Assembly (NCBI GenBank): GCA_012026655.1
Contig: JAAILG010001023.1
Span: 1-64,000, forward strand
DNA: 64,000 bases
Direction: 5' to 3'
DNA from: Hydrolagus affinis
Lineage: Eukaryota
Shown here: positions 35,201 to 47,505 of the stretch, piece by piece
Layout: each line of letters opens with the position of its first letter
Numbering within the stretch: position 1 is the first letter of the stretch
Position numbers and translations under genes: made by a program
Notes under the pieces: generated by a model
Told to the model about the DNA's origin: nothing
What the model saw: only the letters and a program-made list of their open reading frames with translations
Databases searched by the model: none

Positions 35201-36964
35201 CAGGTTTGTCATTGTATATGGGAGGACAGATTGTGAATGTCTTGGGTTGTTTTTTGGACAGTGCAATAAAGACAACAATTGAGTGGGAACAGCTGCAGCC
35301 CAGCTCTTCAGTAGTACACTAAAGTAGTACACTGAAGTAAAGTTGTGCATTTTATGTTTCACTGGGGCTTCATGCAGACCTGTTAGTTTCCATTCTATCT
35401 CCAGCATTTAACTTAATATTGTAAAAAAAAGATGAGATACAATAATAGCTTATATGAAGAGTTACAATAGATATTGATCCGCAGCGCTTAAGCTTTCCCA
35501 ACAGTCTGACATTTTAGAATTTTATTGAAGGTGTCAGTATTTAGGCTGATAGTAATGGAATAAAAGAGACCAGATTCTGAAGAGAAATGTGGCAGAAAAT
35601 GTTACCATACTAGATTCAAGTATTTTTGAGTCACTGATTTTTAATTGGTTCTGTGGTACTGATTGCAGCAATGTGAGGAATTAAAAATCTATTGGAATTT
35701 GAAAAAGTACATTTTGCTAAATCATAATAATTCCTTACTCAAATGTGATGATAAAAGATTGGAGGCCTGCGCCACAGAAACACAGATATTCATAGCACAA
35801 AAGGAGGCCATTCATCACGTCTTTACTCTATTGGCGCTTTGAAACAGCAAATGATTAATTTCCAATTACCAATTACCTCTTTCTCCCACCCTCCTCCTCC
35901 TCCCTCCCCCACCTCTCAGCATCCCATCATATCCCCACAAACTGTGTCCGAAAGAGACTTTTAAATCACAAGAGCTATTGTCAGTGGTGTTTGATCCATT
36001 GCAATTTTTTTTTTTACATAGCAATTTGGTGTATTGGCTCTAATAATAATAATAATACTAACATACCTGCGAACTGATGCTGAACTTGCAAAGACCGATT
36101 ACTTGAAGGATTCTCCAAAGGAAAGGTGGCAGCTATGGAACTAGGGAGTGTCAGTCTGAGGACCACACAGAGCGAATGGTGCTGTTCTTACATGCTGAGG
36201 ATTGACTTTCAGTGGAGCTTATGGAAGCTCTGATCAGTGATATTTCTGGAGCTGCCGCTTTTTTCATTTTAAAAGTAACTCTTACTGCTTACCCGCTGAT
36301 TAATCTATCTCAGTGATTTTCAGCAAGTGAACCTGACATCACAGACGTGTGACTGAAGCCCACAACCTGTCCACATCCCCACCTTGAACTCTTTTTTACA
36401 AGGATTGAATTCAAATTTGTTTTTAAGTTAAAAGAGATTCAGAGCATCTTTTGAAGGATTTTTTTTTTTAGTGCCAAAATCGCTTTGGGAAGCGACATCA
36501 TTGACTTCAACAGCAGTTTTTCCATTTCCAAAGCTCCACCGAGAGTTAAGAAAATATGGAACTAGAAAAAGGCCACAGCCTGCCATAGGGTCCATTTCTT
36601 CCACAGATCATGTGCAGTCTGTACTGTCATGGACCATACCTAATATATTCAATCACTTGAGGGAGGTAACAAACCACAGGCAAAACTTCTAAAGAAGATA
36701 AAACACTGCAAATCTCTTTCTGATCCTCCCAGACTAATCTAGTGAAACAACAGGATATCAAACCCTTATTACAGCCTCCATTATTCAACCTCAATCAGTT
36801 GCACTCCCCCCAAAAAATGATACTTCCATAGTTTCAACTGCATCGCGACCATTGTATCCCCCCAGGGTATTTGATCATTCTTGTCTAATATTTATAACCG
36901 TTAATTCTGCACACGTTTTCACCCCCTCGCTTCCCTCACCCTTTTTATTCCAAACACAGACTCA

Positions 36965-37210
36965 ATTTACATAGCACTGTACAGTGCAAGAAGAGTGCTT
37001 GGTCAGAGAAGCTGCCTATCGCATGAAATATTAAACCAAGGTCCCGTCTACATGTTCAGTGATTTTTTTTTGATAACGATATCTCGAAAAAGGAAGGGAG
37101 TTCTCTCCCAGCATGCTGGCCAACAATACCCCAGATTAATTGGGCATTTGCCTACACATCTAGTTAGATTGCACTTGATTGTGATAATCTATGAAGCTCT
37201 TTGAGACGCA
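36965..37210 (+). mobile_element. Old Deu-domain-type SINE
   Basis: TATTAAACCAAGGTCCCGTCT...GGGAGTTCTCTCCCAGCATGCTGGCCAACA...GAAGCTCTTTGAGACG. Confidence 0.6.
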
Positions 37211-38559
37211 TATTAATGACTCCGACTCTAAATCAAATGTGGCTTAGAGTGGCTAGGCCGGTTAGGCCATGATAATGTGCAATTGACGCAGAATAAAATA
37301 TCACAGTTAATAATGAATCGCTGGGAGTGGGCGTCGTTCCCCAGGTGAAATCCTTTTTCCTCAGAGAGATGGTAATTTAGCAGATCTATAGAGTTCCTGA
37401 ATGCGGATCAAACGCTATAATTCTTAAACCACCAGCTGTATTGATTTTAAATGAAGCGATTCGAAAGTTCTGTGATGAGACCAACTCTCAGGAAATTAGC
37501 AACATGAAAAATACGGGGTCATATTTGCAGCAATCTTAAAAGTGTCCATGAATGTGTCCTCACGAGTGGCTGTGAGATGATAATTAAGGCAGCTCATTTT
37601 CAAAGTTTTTTTTTCAACATTTACTTCATCCCAGTTTCCTGCGTTTACATCAAAGATAACGGCAGCCGAACAAATTAATAGAGAGACTCTTCATGGCTTC
37701 ATTAGTTTAGTATCAGGGGATGACCTGTTATGACATCGTTAGCTCAGCAACAAGTCTAGCTATAACCTGGCCCCAGTCTTGCTTTGCTATTCTTTCATCC
37801 CAGCGTCCCTTAGTGGCCAGTGTGTCAATCCAACACTGTTTCAACAAGGTAAACAGAGCTGTCAAGTTACTCCTGTGTTAGAATTCCTCACCCTAGGAGT
37901 CTATTTGGAATCCCAGGCTATTCCCTTTAGCCTGGGAATGTAGAGGCGTGAAGTATTTACTTTAACAGGTATAATACCAAGACATAAAATTACAACATTT
38001 TCATTTTACATAGGCAATATTTCAACCAGAACTGTCCCAGGGCTAACGCCCCCCTCTCGCCTCCCTACTTTCCCCACCCCTCCCCAACAACACCACCACT
38101 GTGTTGATGCTGGTCTGGTTCTGATCTGAGTTTTCCAGATGGATTGTTGAAGGTCAGGCAATGCTGCAAAGATTATGATGATCAGTTGGGTTGGGTCGGG
38201 TCAGGTTGTGGGCTGAAGTACACAAATCAGGTCTGACAGCCTCCCTGGAGAAGTCTATGGTTCTGCTCATCTACCTGACGAGTGAGGTTAAAGATACAAG
38301 GAAAATGAGCAGAACATATTGAGGTGAAAAGTTACAAAATGTCAATAACACTGCCATATCCCCACTTGCAACCTCCAGTTATTGAAAATAAGGTGATAAA
38401 AATGGTGATCTAATACTGTCTATTGAACTAAACCACTAAACTAAGTAATGGTTTTAAGTGAGACAACATTAAAGAGTAGTAACTGCAAGAAAAACCAGGG
38501 TGGAGTAAAAGAGATAATAATACACATACTTACTTTTGATATGGTGCCTAACACATCAA

Positions 38560-39208
38560 ATCATTCAACAATGACTGGCAGAGAATGGCTGTGAAGCATA
38601 GAGACTGCAGCGAAGGCAGCAGTGAGGATCCACAAACAGCAATGAACCGACTGATTAAGCTGTAGGACGTTGACCAGACCAAGAGGAATTTGTTTCTGTT
38701 TTCGAGTAGTGCCCTGGGAATATTGATTGTCCACCTGAACATGCAGATGTGACCTTGGTCCATTGTCGACGCATGACCTCCCAACAGAGCAGTGCTTCCC
38801 CTAGAACCAGCCTGAACAACAATAATAATATTATTATATTATATTATTATAATAATAATAATCCTTGCATTTGATATAACATCTTTTCATGTCTTCTAGT
38901 CATCTCAAAGCGCTTCGCAGAATATGCTGCAAAGTGAATTGACCAAATATTTGTGGGCGAAACGCGGCAGCCAATTGCGCACAGCAGTGTCGCCACTGGA
39001 TTGAAGTCACCAATCGATTATTGCTTATTTTCTTGAGGGATTATTATCAGGCGTGTGGAGTAAGGAAACTTGCCTAAGGTTTCGCCCTGACCGGGAATCG
39101 AACCCAGGTCTCTCGCTTGTAAGGTGAGTGGTCTAACCACGGAGGAACAGGAATCCACAACCTTCTGAATCAGAGGCGAAAGTGCTACCACCTGAGCCAG
39201 GCTGACAC
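38560..39208 (-). mobile_element. Old Deu-domain-type SINE split by a younger SINE
   Basis: Body at 38560-38817. Its tRNA head (reverse complement GTGTCAGCCTGGCTCAGGTGGTAGCACTTTCGCCTCTGATTCAGAAGGTTG) lies at 39158-39208. Confidence 0.6.
38820..39157 (-). mobile_element. tRNA-SINE, full length
   Basis: Long (AAT)n tail; intact B box GGTTCGATTCC on the minus strand. Confidence 0.95.
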
Positions 39209-39654
39209 TTGAGGAAGAGAAACTTTGTAAAGAGTTCTAATTTTCTTTAATAACCAGAGGTATGATTGCAGTTCCTCTCCTCCACCCCCCTCCCACTCCC
39301 CCCACCCCCCACCCCCCCACTCCTCCCTCCTCCCCCAACATCCGATTTTGAAATGTTTGTGGAGATGACCGTTTGTAATTGAGATTATTAGACGTTTCTA
39401 AATTTGATTGTTAGCTTCTCCCCAGTGATTATACTGGAATTGCGATAACTTCTATTGTAACGCCGCAAGACAAAGTCAAGCAGTTCTCTTCAGCACAATA
39501 GAATTCTGAACACCCCTATAATTACCAGCCAGAAAGCAGCTGTCGTTTCTACATGCATCAAAATTCATTACTGTATCGTTTCCTTAAAAATCTACCACAA
39601 TGAAAAATGCTGAGAATTTTTTTTAACTGTAATTTAAAACGGAGTGTGCTTATA

Positions 39655-39778
39655 CAGTTGTGCTGTGGTGTGCCATCTTTAACCCACAAAATACACTTGA
39701 CAGTATATTTGGCAAAGCGCTTTGAGACGTCTCGCAGACGTGATAATCGAATGCAAGGATTAGTACTGTATTATTATT
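39655..39778 (+). mobile_element. tRNA-SINE 3' fragment
   Basis: AAAGCGCTTTGAGACGTCTCGCAGACGTGATAA...AATGCAAGGATTA. Confidence 0.8.
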
Positions 39779-40230
39779 TGACTCGCATTATTTTTTACTG
39801 CAAACGTCTTTCCCTCTCTCTGTCCTCATTCTCAATAGCACATCATTAAGGATAGGGCAGTGAGTGGAAGCCGGGTCAAGCAATCTGGAAGTGGCCGTTG
39901 ATTACTCTCCTGCGTTTTAAAAGGTACTTTATGATTGGGAAAGTGCAGGTCATTGGTTGATCACACCGAAATGATTTACCATTTGCTCTTGAGAACTAAG
40001 GGGAGATGTGCACAGGACCCTGGGTGTGATACCCTCTTCATCAAGGCTCCACTGGGACAAGTATTTAATATCTCACAAGGGTACAGCTGTCTCGAATGTG
40101 ACCTTCTAACCCTGGTTTTTTATTTTAATGTCTTTTGGATGTATTTTTTTATGAACGGGAACGAACTGAGATTCCAGCTGGACATCCGAGTTTATTAGTT
40201 CTGCTGTACATCTGGCCTAACGAAACGTGC

Positions 40231-40440
40231 ACAACAACAACTTGCCTTTATATCGTGTCTTTCACATGGGGTAGTGTCTTGGAGCGCATAACAGTGGCGG
40301 AGCCTGACCTTCGAGCTGAGGGAGGGGGAAGGTGACCCACAAGCGTTCGCAAAGAGGAAGTCTTCTTCAGGCACGATCTGAAAACGGGGAAGGAGAGGGC
40401 AAGGCAGAGGGATTGGGGGCAGAGAGTTCCATAGTTTCAA
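40231..40440 (-). mobile_element. L2 LINE 3' end
   Basis: Minus strand encodes KLWNSLP; (AAC)n tail on the + strand at 40231-40241. Confidence 0.85.
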
Positions 40441-41689
40441 AGTCACCTTGGATTCTGTGCCCAGATTTATGGTGGAAGAGATAGGTGGAATGAATGAATT
40501 ACCCTCTCCCCAACTAGAACATTTACTTTGAAAAAAAATCCGTCATTACCTTTGCGACTTGTGCTATCGAAGCAAACACCAAGTGAAAGACAAACTGCCT
40601 TTGTGCGCTTCCTATTTAAAGAATTGCTTTCACTTTTTCAACATTACACAATCCATTTCTTCCCATTCATTGTCTTAATATCAACTACAGGACAAGATAA
40701 TGGACAACATCAGTAATAGCAGCATAGCCTCCAGAATGGCCTCCAGGGAAATATCTTTGACGCTATTGAATATTTATAAATCTGGGGTCTCTGTTCTTCC
40801 CCTCCCGCCCACTTTTCCCCCTCCCCACCTTTCTTTATCTGTGGATATGAACCACATAATGGCCTTCATATATATGACAAAAGCATTAAGATAGAAAAAA
40901 ACACAGCCATTGAAAGGTTTCTGGAATCTCTTATTTCTACAGACTACAAGCATCTTAGCACTGACCGAGATTGTTATTGATGTAGATGATTTTTCCTTCC
41001 CCATCACCACCAGTCGCCACTAGTAAATATGACATTAGTACTGTAGGTTTTAGTTTTTGACCACTTTATATAGTTAATTGCAAACCCACTCTCTCTCAAT
41101 GTAACTTTTGAATGCGCCTGAATCTATAGCACATCTTTCTATAGTGTGGTGTGAGCTGACAGAATACCCGCTGTAAAACATCACAAGTTAATCTCTGATT
41201 AATATACCACACTGTGATTCGAAGTCATTCACAGGTGAAGTCGTTTCAAAGGTTTGTTACCTGTGTCACTTTTCCGCCTATTCTTAGCCAACCCCTGCAG
41301 CGTTGCCTGCATCTCTTCTGACTGAGAAGCAACATCATTTAAACAGCAAATTGAATATGTGAAGAATTTGCCTTGATATTGCAGTATTCAATTATAATTT
41401 ATGAATTTCGTATTTTGCTTTGAAAAATAGCTGTGGGTGATTCCTTGTTCATGATGAGCTTTTAAGCTTGTGTGTATGTGTGTGTGTTAAAAAAAAAGCC
41501 TTGTTCAATTTTCACACCCAGCCAGCAGCACTGAAATAGAGAGTTATATGTACATATATGAGAAGATTAACCATGTAAAGCCCATAATGACAAGTGCTTT
41601 TTTTTGTTAATATCCATGTTTGCCTTCACCTCTTCTGAACCTCTCCGCTTCAGCATCTCCTGCTCCCGCTTCCTCTCTGCCTTAACAGC

Positions 41690-42010
41690 GGATCATTTTC
41701 AATCACCGTTTTTATTGCAGTAAATCAGATCGAAAGGTTTCTGTTTCCAGTGGCAACCGACTCTGCAAGTCGCCTTCCGCGTACTGTTTTTGTCGTTTGC
41801 ATTGCCAATTGAGGTCGAGTTTATGGGATGTGAAAAGCGATCGGCCAAACGGTGAAACGTGCCTACGCCCGGCTGCGCGCCGCTCTCAGCCGCTGGGATT
41901 CCAATCGTTTTGTGACTGCCGTACAGTCAAACGCAAATGCAAATGTGGTGCCCAACAGGATGTCACATCTTCATGGCGTTTTACCCGCTGTTAAAGAATC
42001 CGTTTACCAA
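41690..42010. promoter_or_regulatory. CpG-retaining segment with an RFX X-box-like motif
   Basis: Locally dense CpG; GTTTCCAGTGGCAAC at 41743-41757. Confidence 0.25.
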
Positions 42011-42029
42011 ACGTAACCTTATATACCTT

Positions 42030-42121
42030 TGATTCACTTTACGGTATATTCCATGAAGAGCTCGGAGACGTTTAGAAGATGTGAAAAGCGCCACATCAAA
42101 TGCAAGGACTATTTATTATTA
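42030..42121 (+). mobile_element. tRNA-SINE 3' fragment
   Basis: ATTCACTTTACGGTATATTCC...ATCAAATGCAAGGACTATTTATTATT. Confidence 0.87.
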
Positions 42122-42123
42122 TG

Positions 42124-42712
42124 TGCATCTCAAAGTGCTTCATGATTTACTGTCAAGCGTAGTGAGTGTATAAAAAAAAATTCCTTGCATTTGATATAGT
42201 GCTTTTCATATCTTATCGATGTCCCAAACACAGAATATACTGTAAAGTGAATTGACTGTATATTTGTGTGCGAATTGCAGCAGCCAATTGCACACAGCAG
42301 GGTCCCTCAAACAGTCGTGGATTGAAATGACCAATTTTATTATTGTGGGTTTTTTGGACGGATTATTATTAGGCGTGTGGAGTAAGGAAACTTGCCCAAG
42401 GTTTCGTGCTGATCTGCCTGGATTCGAACACAGGTCTCCCCAGCTTGGTCTCCCCAGCTTGCAAGACAAGTGCTCTAACCACTATATTTGTAGGGCAAAC
42501 ACAGCAGCCAATTTGGGCACAGCAATGTCCCTACAAATAAGCCGTGAACACAACGAGCAATTTTCATTCAGGGATTAATAGCCGGGAGACCGGGAAAAAT
42601 TCCCTTCTCTTTTTAAATAATGCAATGGATTCGTTAACCTCCACCTAAGCAGGCAAATGGGAACTCGGATTAATGTCTCATCTAAAGGCCATCTCTGACA
42701 ATGCAGTGTTCC
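42124..42712 (-). mobile_element. Old Deu-domain-type SINE split by a younger SINE
   Basis: 3' part CATCTCAAAGTGCTTCA...GTGAGTGTAT (42124-42171) continues as ATATTTGTAGGGCAAACACAGCAGCCAATTTGGGCACAGC...TAATGTCTCATCTAAAGGC...TCTGACAATGCAG (42484-42712). Confidence 0.7.
42172..42483 (-). mobile_element. tRNA-SINE with a 14-bp tandem duplication in the head
   Basis: Family body; GGTCTCCCCAGCTT twice at 42433-42460. Confidence 0.93.
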
Positions 42713-43714
42713 TACCACCCTGATCAGGCTGTGAGTTCAGCCATACTGTGCAGTTGAGATTGCTTTAAGTATTTCTACCTGACGAGAGGGCAGCACATTG
42801 GACAATGGTGTATGATTAATTTCCAATCTTTGTTCAGATGTTGCACAAGATATTACAGAGGCTAGGGTGTTGCCAGTAACATTATGGCAGCATAGCTCTC
42901 CCTCTTAACACCTGAGAAACATTGATTCCTTCACAGACAGAGTGCCAGAGAGTACTCTTCCTGTATTAACATAGATTACTTACTTTAATTAGCCACTTTC
43001 TAATCATTTTCCCAGCTTTGATTCTTTCCAGAAGATATGGAACGCCCAACATAGACCCCAGCACTGATCGTTTTCAATTTAAAATTACTCTTGCAAGACA
43101 AACCCATCTTGAAAAGATGTACAAAACCAACATTGTTCTATCACAGACACATCAGGGATGGCTAGAGGACATTTTCAGCATTAATAACTTTTCAAATCAC
43201 AAATACCCAAGACTGTTGCACACACAAAAAAAGGTAGCGTAACACATGGGAAATACTTCAGCTGATAGTCCTTCAGAAACAGCTTTATGATTGATGAACA
43301 CATGTGGAATTAAAATACTGTCTCTTTGAAGTGAATTGTGATGTGAAACTGCCAGCACATAGCAAAAGGGCTGCGTGCTTTTCACAGCATGGAGACAAGT
43401 GGGATTCATATCGAGAATACTGTTCAATATTGTACACTAAAGGAAAATAAGACCAAGTGAAGTACAGCAAGCCTAGAAATTAAAGTAGATCAGTATTCCC
43501 AGCTCTCAGATTAGAAATATTCTCTGTTAGTTCATCTCCAAATTCAGATATTTATTTTTAATGTACTCAGGTTAACCATAAAACATCAGGATTTATTGTA
43601 TCGGTCACTGAGAAACCTATTATGTTCCATGGGAGCAGTAGGAGAATGTGGGTGCTTACCTTGATATGGCCTCGATTTGGGAGATGGACAAAGGCTCTAC
43701 TTATGCTCCTGGCA

Positions 43715-43780
43715 CTTTAAGCGCTGTGGGAAGCTACCCCGCTTGAAGAAAGCTACCTAACTGCAAGTTGTTGTTGATGT
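43715..43780 (+). mobile_element. L2-type tail fragment
   Basis: AAGCGCTGTGGGAAGCTACCCCGC...TGCAAGTTGTTGTTG. Confidence 0.6.
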
Positions 43781-43851
43781 AGTTTGTATGCACTCTACGT
43801 GCACTTTTAATTTATTATCCTTATCGACATATTTCAAGGAAAAATATCTTG

Positions 43852-44165
43852 TGGAGTCCTACAACTCAGTGGTTAGAGCTTTCCCCTCACAAGCGAGAGA
43901 CCTGAGTTCAATTCCAGGCACGGCGAAACCTTAGGCAAGTTTCCTTACTCCACATGCCAGATAATAATCCCTCAAGAAAAAAAAACCAATAACAATTTGG
44001 TCACTTAATCTACGGCTGTTTGTGGGACACTGCTCTACTCAATTGGCTGCTGCGTTTCGCCCACAAATATACAGTCAATTCACTTTACATTATATTCTAT
44101 CAATCGCTTTGAGACGACTAGAAGATGTGAAAAGGGCTATACCACATGCAAGGATTATTATTATT
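43852..44165 (+). mobile_element. tRNA-SINE, full length
   Basis: TGGAGTCCTACAACTCAGTGGTTAGAGC...GCAAGGATTATTATTATT. Confidence 0.95.
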
Positions 44166-46947
44166 GTTTGAAAAGATGTACAGTTCTGCCGATGTAAACA
44201 GGGTGAAAATACTACCATGGCCCAACCTCCAGCTCTGCAGTAGTTTCCGGAGATAAATGAATCAATTTTACCCTATGGGATCCAGCGATGGTCTCAATGC
44301 CGTTTTGTACTTAACGACCGGCAGTTCAGTTGTATGAAAACTAAAAGCAACAAATCCATTTGGATTCGTTTGCATTGAATGGATATCCTTTGCATTCTTG
44401 AACGTGAGTAATTCTGAAGTTGTTGAGTGGACTGACTGGTGAAGAATGGCTTCAGAACATCTCCTCCGGCACGTGAATTTATTGCCCATTTATAATGAAA
44501 AAGCTGAATGACGATCTATTGTCTGGGCAGAAGATAATAAAGAATGAGAAATAATGGAATAATAAAACATGCAATGAGAAAACTCATTTGGCCCATCAGG
44601 TGCTTTCTTAAATATTACAAGTAGTCTCCTCTAAGCTATTTATGAACAGCGCAGCTCAGAATATAATTACCCAACTCCTTTGACGCCTTGTGAACTTGTA
44701 CTTTTAAACGCAAATGGTATTTGGGTCTAGAATGCAGCAATTTCAAGTGGAGATTGTTAATTAAACAATGCAGAAGTAAGTCAGGCCAATGCTTTCCCCT
44801 CCCTTCCCTTCTACAATCTACATTTGGAGCCAAGTACCCATCTGTGATGTATTTCTGGAGCAGGTATGGAAACGATGGGTGCAAATTGCACTCTGCCTGC
44901 TCACCCGTTCTCGTTTCGAAGCTCTCCAGATATCGAAGGCACTAATATACAGATAGCATAGTAAAGTGTTTGTTCTTTGCAAGTCAACATAACTGTCATG
45001 TGGAGGAGGCAGTATAAACTAGGCTGCGGGCTCGATAAAGAATTTGGCAGAAGCAATCCGGTTTGAATACTCTTTGCCACTGTAGATTAACAGTGAACAA
45101 CCAAAGGCACTATTTGTCCACTCATTTCCCCCCACTTTCTCTTGGGTCTCTCTGCCTTAATTGGCCCACTTCCCTGTCCTACTCATGTGTGTTTTTTTTT
45201 AATAGAGGATTTTGGCTTTGAGGAGAATGAGGTGACAGAGTAGCGGTATTTCCAAAAATCCATCTGTGCTTCAGGTTGCCTCGGGTAACATTAGACACGT
45301 AGAGTTGGTGGGTTTATCAGGTGGGCAGGTGTGGATATGATTTGGTGCCAGGCAGGACTTAGCTCTGTGACAAGGGGGGAGGAAAATTAACGCCCAGTGA
45401 ACGGGCAAATTGAATATTTCTTTCAATATCTCATCACTGTAATAAAGCAGTGCTTCAGAGCTGAATCCCGTCCAGATACCACTTGTGGCAACAAGCGCAC
45501 ATGGAAGAAAAGCCAAAGCCTGAAAATGTGTTTAGTCGTTCAGCGGAGGAACTTGAGCCCTCTTTCCTTGGCAGCCCTGGAATAATATTTGCATATCCCA
45601 CCTGTGCTGTGTAATAAGTACCTGCCACAAATCAGTATTATGAATTTTGTTCAGCTAACAAAACCACAGGGGAAATTATACCTCCGACATTCCATAATAA
45701 TTGATGCTAAGCTGTTACTGCCATCCAGTTATTCTGCCTGAAGTGTTTCTGCAGAGGCAGTAGTTTAATGAGTTTGGCTGCGCATTCAAAGGAGACTAAT
45801 TTGCACAAAGGTTCTACAGACACCGCCATTTGTTCAAGGAAAGCCTCGACTTGTTAACTGCTAGGCCTCTATTAATGGTTTACACGGAACGCTGTAATGT
45901 GGCAAAACCAAATGGTATTCGCTGCCCTCTTTTGAAAACTGTCGATACGTCAGCAGCAACGAGCTGGTTCCTGAAGGCGGATTGTAAATTTTTACAGCTG
46001 TCCGTACGTTTACTGACGTGTGGCACCTTTCGCAAAAAAAGCGAGTACACTGATTAATCACCACATTGGGTTTGTAAACACTTTGAGGATGGTAATAAAT
46101 ATTTGACAAAATGTAAATTTCAGCAATTTGTACGTTTGAGTGTCTTTGGAGCTCAAACAGCAGATCACTGGAAGCTCACAGTTTGCAAACGGTGGCTGCA
46201 GAAATCTATTCCAACGACACAGCTAATGCTTTGCCAAAGACAGTAGCTCTAGTCACATTGTATTCATCTTTCAAGGGAAAGTTCGATAAAATCTATTATG
46301 TTATTTTAATCAACTAGACCGTAGAATGCAATAAGTACCAAGTACTGTGAGCAATGGATTCCAAGTCCATCAAAATTAACAGTACAAAGAATCGAGGAAC
46401 TTTAGGTCAGAGCCAGGAATGTGCGGAGGGAGCCAAGGGTCCTGTTGTAAACTACAACTGAATTGCTGTTAATACAGAACTGCTGTCCCTGCAACTCTGC
46501 ACGTCAGATAAAACAGTCAATAAAATGAAATCAAGAGCCGTATATTGTAGCTCAGGCTCCGATCGCTTTCATATAATAGCAGGCCATCAGGCTGAGAATA
46601 TTGAATCTTCAAATCTGAGTTCTTACAATCGCACTGAGACCCTGTTTCGCATGGTCGGCCCTCTCTTCTGAAGGTCTTCGACCGAAATTCACTTTAATCT
46701 ATTTTAGATCCCTGCCACGTTAATTCATGCTATTTGTGATCCAATAACTAATACTGTACAGTACATTGAAACTGAAAACCATAGGCTACTCCTCTCAGAG
46801 ACGCCAATGTATTTGAGGCAGTTTTAACAATTTTTTAAGAGAAAGGGGTTTAAGTAACTACTACTAGTAAACCATGTTGCTTCAATATAAACCAGCCATC
46901 AATGGATTTAGCAGTTTTAGAATATTACATGGTGCTAATGGACAGGA

Positions 46948-47261
46948 GGAGTCCTGTAGATCAGTGGTTAGAGCACTTGCCTTACTAGTGTGAGACCTGT
47001 GTTCAAATCCAGGTAGGTGAGGGCGAAACCTTGGGCAACTTTCCTTACTCCACATGCCTAATAATAATCTCTCAATTTTTTTTCAAAAATCGATCATTTC
47101 AATCCACGACTGTTTGTGGGATACTGCTGTACGCAATTGGCTGCCGCATTTCGCCCACAAAATGTACAGTCAATTCACTTTACAGTATATTCTGTGAAGC
47201 GCTTTGAGACATCTAGAAGACATGAAAAGTGCTATATCAAACGCAAGGATTATTATTATTA
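46948..47261 (+). mobile_element. tRNA-SINE, full length
   Basis: GGAGTCCTGTAGATCAGTGGTTAGAGC, GTTCAAATCC B box, TTA tail. Confidence 0.95.
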
Positions 47262-47405
47262 GGTGTTGCAACATGTGGGGAATATTAAAATACAATAAAG
47301 GAATATGTGAAATACCTATTTCTTTTTGTTCTGCACTTGGAAATTTTTCATCTCTGCAATCCTCAAGTGAGACACAATAAATAAGAATACGATATATAAC
47401 ATAAT

Positions 47406-47505
47406 ATAATAATCCTTGCATTTGATATAGCGCCTGATCACGCCTTCGAGACATCTCAAACCAGTTCACCGCATATACTGTAAAGTAAATTGACCTTATA
47501 TTTTG
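47406..47505 (-). mobile_element. tRNA-SINE 3' fragment
   Basis: ATAATAATCCTTGCATTTGATATAGCGCC...CTGTAAAGTAAATTGAC. Confidence 0.88.

Noticed and set aside
37911-37937. Perfect 10-bp hairpin TCCCAGGCTA/TAGCCTGGGA (also CCTGTACAGT/ACTGTACAGG at 54804-54836)
   Set aside because: Isolated short stems with no associated element; one or two can occur by chance.
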